Both the position numbers and the translations under genes were made by a program. A stretch of 64,000 bases of DNA from Candidatus Shapirobacteria bacterium (lineage in GTDB: Bacteria > Patescibacteriota > Microgenomatia > UBA12405), in assembly GCA_030698565.1 (NCBI GenBank), contig JAUYJS010000003.1, positions 12,187 to 76,186 on the forward strand. Direction: 5' to 3'. This document shows, piece after piece, positions 58,024 through 64,000 of the stretch. The notes beneath the pieces are model-generated. The model ran no database searches and was not told the DNA's origin. It was given only the letters and a program-made list of their open reading frames with translations. Every line of letters begins with the position of its first letter. The stretch's first letter is position 1.

Positions 58024-60204
58024 ATGTCCGGCGAAAATCTAAGCATTTTGGAAGTTAGACTACCACAAAACAACGAGCACACTTTGGAATCGATGTCCTC
58101 TCTTCTGTCAAATTTCACTCAGTTTTCATCTCCCAGCCTTTTACAAAACCTTTTTAATCGTAGAAAAACCCTAGGTTCCCTAGAAATTGTCCTAACCAAA
58201 GGCCAAATCCATTTCTTTTTTGCCTCGGACAAAGAAAACTCAGAATTCTTTCGCTCTCAAATTTTAGCCCAATACCCCACTGCCATTATTCGAGAAAGCG
58301 AAGATTATTTCTCCAATTATATCGATAATTCCCAAGACAAAAATATTTTTTTTAATCAATTAGGCAATTCCCGATCTTACAGTTACCCTCTAAAAACAGC
58401 CAAAGATTTCAAAGAAACTGATCCTTTAAATTCAGTATTAGCTCCACTATCTCACTCCACCAAACCCGATGATTTTTTTGTTTTCCAAATAATTTTAGCT
58501 TCGCCTCCTAAAAATTGGCAAAGCGGAATTATGAATACAATTCAAAATGGAATTTTAGTTGATCGACAAAAAAATCTTCACCAAGCCCATCCAGATCGGG
58601 CAATTTTCGAACAAAAAATTCAATATCCTGGTTTGGCCGCCCAAATAAATTTATTTTCCAATAGTGCCGCTCTTTTATCCTCTGTCTCTTCATCATTCGG
58701 AATTTACACTTCACCTCGCGGAAATTTTATAAAGACCTATATTCCCGGTCATTTTTCCAAAAGCAAACTAAAAAAATCTATTCTCTCTCGTAAATTCGAA
58801 ACTAAGCTAAAAAATCAAATTTTAAACACAGACGAATTAGCTGCCCTTTGGCATTTTCCCAACACAATTACCAAACTTCCCAATATTGCTTGGGGCAAAA
58901 AATTATATTCTGATCCTCCTGAAAATTTGCCAACAGCTAGTAGCTTAACTCCAGAAGAAAAAAATAAAGTTACTTTTTTTGCCAAGACAGAATTTAGAAA
59001 TAAAGACGCTATTTTCGGTATTAAAGAAGGCGAAGATCGCCGCCGCCATACCTATATTATCGGTAAATCTGGTACCGGAAAAACTACCTTAATCGCCAAC
59101 ATGGCCATTGACGATATCCGCAAAGGCCGAGGTGTAGCCGTTATTGATCCTCACGGCGACTTGTGCAACACCATCCTTGACTATATTCCTAGCCATAGAA
59201 TTAACGATTGTTGTTATTTCAACCCAGCCGATCCAGATTACGTCTATCCATTAAATGTTTTGGAAGCTCAAAACGAATCTCAAAAAGAATTAGTCGCCTC
59301 CGGTGTTATTTCTATTTTCAAAAAACTTTATGGCAATGTTTCTTGGGGTCCTCGACTCGAACACATTTTAAGAAATACACTTCTTACCTTGGTCAATGTT
59401 CCTAACTCTAATTTGGTCAATGTCGTTGAAATTTTAACCAACAAAAGTTTTCGTGAAAAAGTTGTCAGTCAATTAAATAATCAGACTTTAATCAATTTTT
59501 GGCACAATGAATTCGACAGAATGGATCCAAAATTTCAACAGGAATCCGTTTCTCCTATTTTAAATAAAGTTGGTCAATTTATTTCCTCAACTAACATAAG
59601 AAATACCATAGCCCACTCCAAATCTAAAATCAGGATTCAAGACATAATGGATCAAAAAAAGATTTTAATTGCTGATTTATCAACTGGTAAATTGGGCGAA
59701 GACAACTCCGCACTTTTGGGTGCCATGTTGATTACCCAAATTCAGTTGTCTGCCATGAATCGAGTCTTCCAAACAGCCGACGAACGTTCTGATTTTTATC
59801 TTTATGTCGATGAATTTCAAAGTTTTGCCACAGAAGCCTTTATAAAAATTCTTTCCGAAGCCCGCAAATTTAAATTAAATTTAATTGTCGCCAACCAATA
59901 CATGGCTCAACTTGATCGGACAATTCAAGATGCTATTTTGGGCAACGTTGGATCAATTATTTCTTTCGTTGTGGGCAATCAAGACGCTTTTGTTCTCCAA
60001 AAAGAATTTGGGCCGGAATTTCCAGCTGATGATTTAGTTAAAATCGGTCGCTATCAAGTTATCTGCAAACTTTCCATTGATTCAGAAACCACTCAACCAT
60101 TTTATGCTACCACCCTTCCACCTTTGTCTTGTAAAAACCAACAACGCGAAAAACTTATTCATACCTCGCAAGAACGATGGGGCAAGCGAAAAGACAAGGC
60201 CTAA
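58024..60204 (+). CDS. VirD4/TrwB/HerA-like ATPase (DUF87 type)
   Basis: IIGKSGTGKTT, IDPHGD, LYVDEFQ, SEARKF....ANQ. Confidence 0.85.
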   Translation: MSGENLSILEVRLPQNNEHTLESMSSLLSNFTQFSSPSLLQNLFNRRKTLGSLEIVLTKGQIHFFFASDKENSEFFRSQILAQYPTAIIRESEDYFSNYIDNSQDKNIFFNQLGNSRSYSYPLKTAKDFKETDPLNSVLAPLSHSTKPDDFFVFQIILASPPKNWQSGIMNTIQNGILVDRQKNLHQAHPDRAIFEQKIQYPGLAAQINLFSNSAALLSSVSSSFGIYTSPRGNFIKTYIPGHFSKSKLKKSILSRKFETKLKNQILNTDELAALWHFPNTITKLPNIAWGKKLYSDPPENLPTASSLTPEEKNKVTFFAKTEFRNKDAIFGIKEGEDRRRHTYIIGKSGTGKTTLIANMAIDDIRKGRGVAVIDPHGDLCNTILDYIPSHRINDCCYFNPADPDYVYPLNVLEAQNESQKELVASGVISIFKKLYGNVSWGPRLEHILRNTLLTLVNVPNSNLVNVVEILTNKSFREKVVSQLNNQTLINFWHNEFDRMDPKFQQESVSPILNKVGQFISSTNIRNTIAHSKSKIRIQDIMDQKKILIADLSTGKLGEDNSALLGAMLITQIQLSAMNRVFQTADERSDFYLYVDEFQSFATEAFIKILSEARKFKLNLIVANQYMAQLDRTIQDAILGNVGSIISFVVGNQDAFVLQKEFGPEFPADDLVKIGRYQVICKLSIDSETTQPFYATTLPPLSCKNQQREKLIHTSQERWGKRKDKA

Positions 60205-60208
60205 TTAT

Positions 60209-62206
60209 TTAAGGCTTCTTCCACCCCGCCCATTTACAGTCCGGATATCTGAAACAACCAAAAAATTTTCTGCCAGTTTTTGTTCTCTTAACCACCCCTT
60301 CAGCTCCACATTCCGGACAATTAAATCCAGCCAGCTCTTTAAAAGGCGCTGTATATTTACATTCCGGAAATCGGCCACAGGACACAAATTTCCCAAACCG
60401 GCCTACCCGAATCACCAATTCGCCTTCTTTGCATTCAGGACATTTTTCATTTAATTTTTCAGTTTCCACCCTGACTCTTTCAGAGTCATTTTCAGCCAAC
60501 TTTACGTCTTTTTCAAATTTATTCCAAAAATTTTTCATCATCACTTTCCATTTCATTTTGCCCAAAGAAATTTTATCCAAATTTTCTTCCATCCCAGCCG
60601 TAAAAGGCAACGATAACACATCGGGAAAATTCTTAACTAAAAATTCATTTGTCGCCACCCCTAAAGCCGTTGGCAAAAATCGTCCTTCTTCTTTTTCTAC
60701 ATATTGCCTCGCCTGAATCGTCGAAATAATCGGAGCATAAGTACTCGGTCTACCAATCCCCTGTTTTTCCAAAGAAGCTACTAAGCTAGCATCGCTATAT
60801 CTTGGTGGTGGATTAGTTTCTACTTCTTCTTTATCAATTCTGCTTTGCAGAATTTTTTCGCCTTCTTTCAAAATTGGCAAAATTTGATCCTCGTGTTTTT
60901 CCTCGGTAATTTTCAAAAATCCATCGAATAACATCCTTACTCCGTTAGTCTCAAAATCACCGTTTCTATTGCTTAATTTAATAACCGTTTTTTCCATTCT
61001 AGCCCCGGCCGCTTGAGTGGCGACAGCTCTTTTCCAAATCATTTCATACAATTTATTTTCTCGTAAATCTCCTTCAATATGAGTTATTTCTACCTTGCTT
61101 GGTCTAATCGCCTCATGAGCTTCCTGAGCATTCTTTGCCGTATTTTTATAAAGCCTCACTTTAGCCGACACATATTCATTGCCATAATGATTGCCGATGA
61201 ATTTCCTAAATTCACCTATAGCTTTATCTGACAAATAAACCGAGTCGGTTCTATGATAAGTAATTAAACCATTTTCATAAAGCTTCTGAGCCACACTCAT
61301 AGTCTGTTTACCTGACCACCCAAATTTTCTCGCTGCCGCTTGTTGTAACTTAGAAGTCATAAATGCCGGCAATGGTGACCTGTGAGTTTCTCTACCAATT
61401 ACTTTGTCTACCGTAAATTCTTTATCTAAATTAGAAATAAATTGGGACACTTCATCTTCTTTTCCAAAAATCGATTTGCTAAAAGTGTAATCACCATCAA
61501 ATAATTTTATTTTTTGAGTTTGGAAAAACTTCTTCTTATCTACCGCAATTAAATCAGCTTCAAAATTATTTCCACTTTTGTTTAATTTTGCTAAAACCTT
61601 AAAATATTTTTCTTTTTTAAAGGCCTGAATTTCTTTTTCTCTTTCACAAATGAGCCTAACCGCTACAGATTGAACTCGTCCAGCCGACAAACCTCTTCTA
61701 ACTTTTCGCCACAATACCGGCGATAAACTATAGCCTACTACCCTATCCAAAACTCTTCTACCCTGTTGAGCATTTACCATATCCATATCAATATCTCGAC
61801 TATTTTTTATTGCCTCTTCGATCGCATCTTTAGTAATTTCATGAAAAGTTACCCGGGAAATTAGACTGCTGTCAATTTTGTTTTTATCGCTCTTTTTATA
61901 AACTGAATTTTCCATCAACCACTTCACATGCCAAGAAATTGCCTCCCCTTCACGATCAGGATCTGTAGCCAGAAATATTTTTTTAGCGGTTCTTGCCGAT
62001 CTTATTATTTCATCAACCACTTTCTTTTTTTTAGGATCAACCACATATTCCACCTCAAAGTCATTTTTCATATCCACGGCCATTTTGTTGCCAGGTAAAT
62101 CCCTCAAATGACCAACAGTAGCGATCACCTCAAAGTCATTCCCTAAATATTTTCCAATTGTTCTAGCTTTGGTCGGTGATTCTACTATTAATAAGTTTTT
62201 AGACAT
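60209..62206 (-). CDS. topA: DNA topoisomerase I
   Basis: IVESPTKA, ATDPDREGE, SAGRVQS, ITYHRTDS, C4 Zn ribbons. Confidence 0.96.
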   Translation of the reverse strand: MSKNLLIVESPTKARTIGKYLGNDFEVIATVGHLRDLPGNKMAVDMKNDFEVEYVVDPKKKKVVDEIIRSARTAKKIFLATDPDREGEAISWHVKWLMENSVYKKSDKNKIDSSLISRVTFHEITKDAIEEAIKNSRDIDMDMVNAQQGRRVLDRVVGYSLSPVLWRKVRRGLSAGRVQSVAVRLICEREKEIQAFKKEKYFKVLAKLNKSGNNFEADLIAVDKKKFFQTQKIKLFDGDYTFSKSIFGKEDEVSQFISNLDKEFTVDKVIGRETHRSPLPAFMTSKLQQAAARKFGWSGKQTMSVAQKLYENGLITYHRTDSVYLSDKAIGEFRKFIGNHYGNEYVSAKVRLYKNTAKNAQEAHEAIRPSKVEITHIEGDLRENKLYEMIWKRAVATQAAGARMEKTVIKLSNRNGDFETNGVRMLFDGFLKITEEKHEDQILPILKEGEKILQSRIDKEEVETNPPPRYSDASLVASLEKQGIGRPSTYAPIISTIQARQYVEKEEGRFLPTALGVATNEFLVKNFPDVLSLPFTAGMEENLDKISLGKMKWKVMMKNFWNKFEKDVKLAENDSERVRVETEKLNEKCPECKEGELVIRVGRFGKFVSCGRFPECKYTAPFKELAGFNCPECGAEGVVKRTKTGRKFFGCFRYPDCKWAGWKKP

Positions 62207-62252
62207 ATTAACCATAATTATCTATCCTATCACCTATGTCAAGCAAAGACTT

Positions 62253-62909
62253 TTATAATTTTAAGTTTTTTAGTATATCATCCGCATTCATTACCAATAA
62301 TCCGCCATTCTTAATTAAAAAATTAGGTGTAAAACTATTTTCATCACTAATTCGTCCAGGCACCGCCATAACTTCTCGCCCTTGTTCCAACGCCATTTTT
62401 GCCGTCACCAACGACCCACTTCTTTGACTCCCTTCTACCACTAAAACCCCTAAACTCATTCCAGAGATTATCCTGTTCCTCCTCAAAAAATTTACATTTT
62501 GAATCAAAGTATTATCCTTATATTCTGACACAATTAATCCACCATTTTTCAAAATATTTTGATAAATATATTCGTTGGATTTAGGTGAAATAATATTAAC
62601 TCCCGATGCCAAAACAGCTATTGTTTTACCTTTATTTTCGAGACAAATTTTATGCGCTTCTGCATCAATTCCCAATGCCATTCCCGACACAATCACCCAA
62701 TTATTTCGGACCAATTCTGGTACCAAATTCCTCATCATACTTTGGCCATACCAGCTCATCTGTCTACTTCCTACCACGGCTATTTTTTTATTTTCCTTTA
62801 ATAATTCGATGTTCCCCAAACAAAATAATTTACCAGGACAATCCGGTATCTCTCTTAATAATTCCGGAAATCTTTTATCTTTAATTCCAATTTCAACCGT
62901 TTGCAACAT
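62253..62909 (-). CDS. dprA: DNA-processing protein DprA (Rossmann core only)
   Basis: AVVGSR, VSGMALGID..AH, RNRIISG, SGSLVTA. Confidence 0.93.
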   Translation of the reverse strand: MLQTVEIGIKDKRFPELLREIPDCPGKLFCLGNIELLKENKKIAVVGSRQMSWYGQSMMRNLVPELVRNNWVIVSGMALGIDAEAHKICLENKGKTIAVLASGVNIISPKSNEYIYQNILKNGGLIVSEYKDNTLIQNVNFLRRNRIISGMSLGVLVVEGSQRSGSLVTAKMALEQGREVMAVPGRISDENSFTPNFLIKNGGLLVMNADDILKNLKL

Positions 62910-62919
62910 TGTATTTTAA

Positions 62920-63576
62920 TTAATAACAAACATCTTTCTGCCAATTTTTGGGATTATTATCAATATATTGTTTAATCGCCCAATATTCCTTTTCTGTCCG
63001 GATAATCCGATCATAATATCGGGCTTGCCAGGTGAAAAATAACTGGTGACGGTTACATTCTGATTTGACCGCCGCCTTAAATAATTTAATTGTATTGGGA
63101 ATAATTTGCCTTGATTTAAATCCATTTTCCCGTAGAGACGCACTGTGTGCGTCTCTTTTCAATTCCCGATTATTTTGGTTTATCGGTTTGATTTGATTGA
63201 TGATTGGGGAATTTGTTTTGAGACGCATACAATGCGTCTCTACAATGGGTTGATTTTTAATTTCCATTATCAAATGCACATGATTGGGCATAATCACCCA
63301 ATCATCTATTTTAATATTTTTCCTAATTTCCGAGGTTTTTAATAATTCCTGTTTAGCAATTTCTCCCGCCTTGGACAATTTCATTTGACCATCAACAATT
63401 TTTCCCAAGAATTTATTTTTATTATGGGTACAAATGGTAATAAAATAAAACCCTGATTGAGAATAATTCCAATTTAATAACCTCGCCGATTTCACTCGAA
63501 ATTTATCCGCAAACAAATCTGGGTTATCAACAAACATTACATTAATTGTAATATTTATTGCATTAATATGTTGCAT
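62920..63576 (-). mobile_element. Second RAYT (HUH), cognate REP family B
   Basis: SARL..WNYS..GFYFITICT, MPNHVH, WQARYYDRIIR, YI.NNP. Confidence 0.9.
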
Positions 63577-63604
63577 GTAGAGACGCGCTGCAGCGCGTCT
63601 CTAC
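63132..63604. repeat. REP family B copies
   Basis: gagacgc...gcgtctc core at 63132-63156 and 63220-63243 (intragenic) and 63577-63604 (upstream). Confidence 0.9.
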
Positions 63605-63641
63605 AACCTGTCAAATTTTTTTAACAAAATCACACATTTTT

Positions 63642-64000
63642 TTACTCCTCCATCACCTTCTTATATCTTGGTACCAAAGTATTTGGCTCATTAAACCAAT
63701 CTTTCAAAATATCTCCCACGATTGGCGCGGCCTCATCCGACCCCTCACCGCCTCTTTCCACCATTACTGTAATGACAATTTCCGGACTATCTGCCGGCGC
63801 AAAAGCCGTCAACCAAGCATGAGTATCATTGCTCCCATCACCCACTTCGGCAGTTCCGGTTTTACATGCAATGCTAGTTTTAAAATTAAAAAGTGGCCAG
63901 GCAGTTCCGCCCGGCTTACAGGCTTCTTTCATTCCCTCACGAATAGTTTCCCAAGTTTCCCTTTTAATATTCAAACTCTGGCACTGCGGTTGTTTGTCTT
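63642..64000 (-). CDS. Class B penicillin-binding protein (PBP2/MrdA-like), C-terminal part
   Basis: GM......GTA, KTGTAE, HAW..AFAP; runs off window end. Confidence 0.88.
   Translation of the reverse strand, partial: DKQPQCQSLNIKRETWETIREGMKEACKPGGTAWPLFNFKTSIACKTGTAEVGDGSNDTHAWLTAFAPADSPEIVITVMVERGGEGSDEAAPIVGDILKDWFNEPNTLVPRYKKVMEE

Noticed and set aside
223-63342. Many 60-145 aa ORFs antisense or out of frame within confident genes (e.g. 223-471, 20060-20398, 39045-39476, 60077-60454)
   Set aside because: Shadow ORFs with no motifs or initiation signals

Overview
An AT-rich bacterial chromosome segment that looks like Patescibacteria/CPR, probably Microgenomates; this is inferred from gene content, truncated core proteins and surface-protein types. 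It is mostly housekeeping: pilT/pilB, ligA, pth, a MacAB-like ABC exporter, epmAB, gyrBA, a XerC/D recombinase, pta, dnaB, hisS, rpmE, a short RF1, htrA/ctpA, rpsF-ssb-rpsR, cysS, dnaX-ybaB-recR, rpsB-tsf-frr-rseP, topA, dprA and three tRNAs. Five things stand out. (1) Three unrelated small nuclease types (two HUH RAYTs, a GIY-YIG and a DUF559) each sit among copies of their own palindrome family, and palindromes are also found in frame inside ligA and pth. (2) A tRNA-Leu is flanked by duplicates of its own 3' and 5' ends, each interrupted by a different palindrome. (3) A ~430-nt intergenic region upstream of the Xer gene has many long-range helices and possible pseudoknots, with dif-arm-like TTATAGG motifs on both sides of the gene. 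(4) A five-gene cohesin/dockerin surface-protein cluster has no recognisable enzyme domains. (5) An ABC permease is frameshifted at an A10 run. All calls come from reading motifs by eye; no database search was run.
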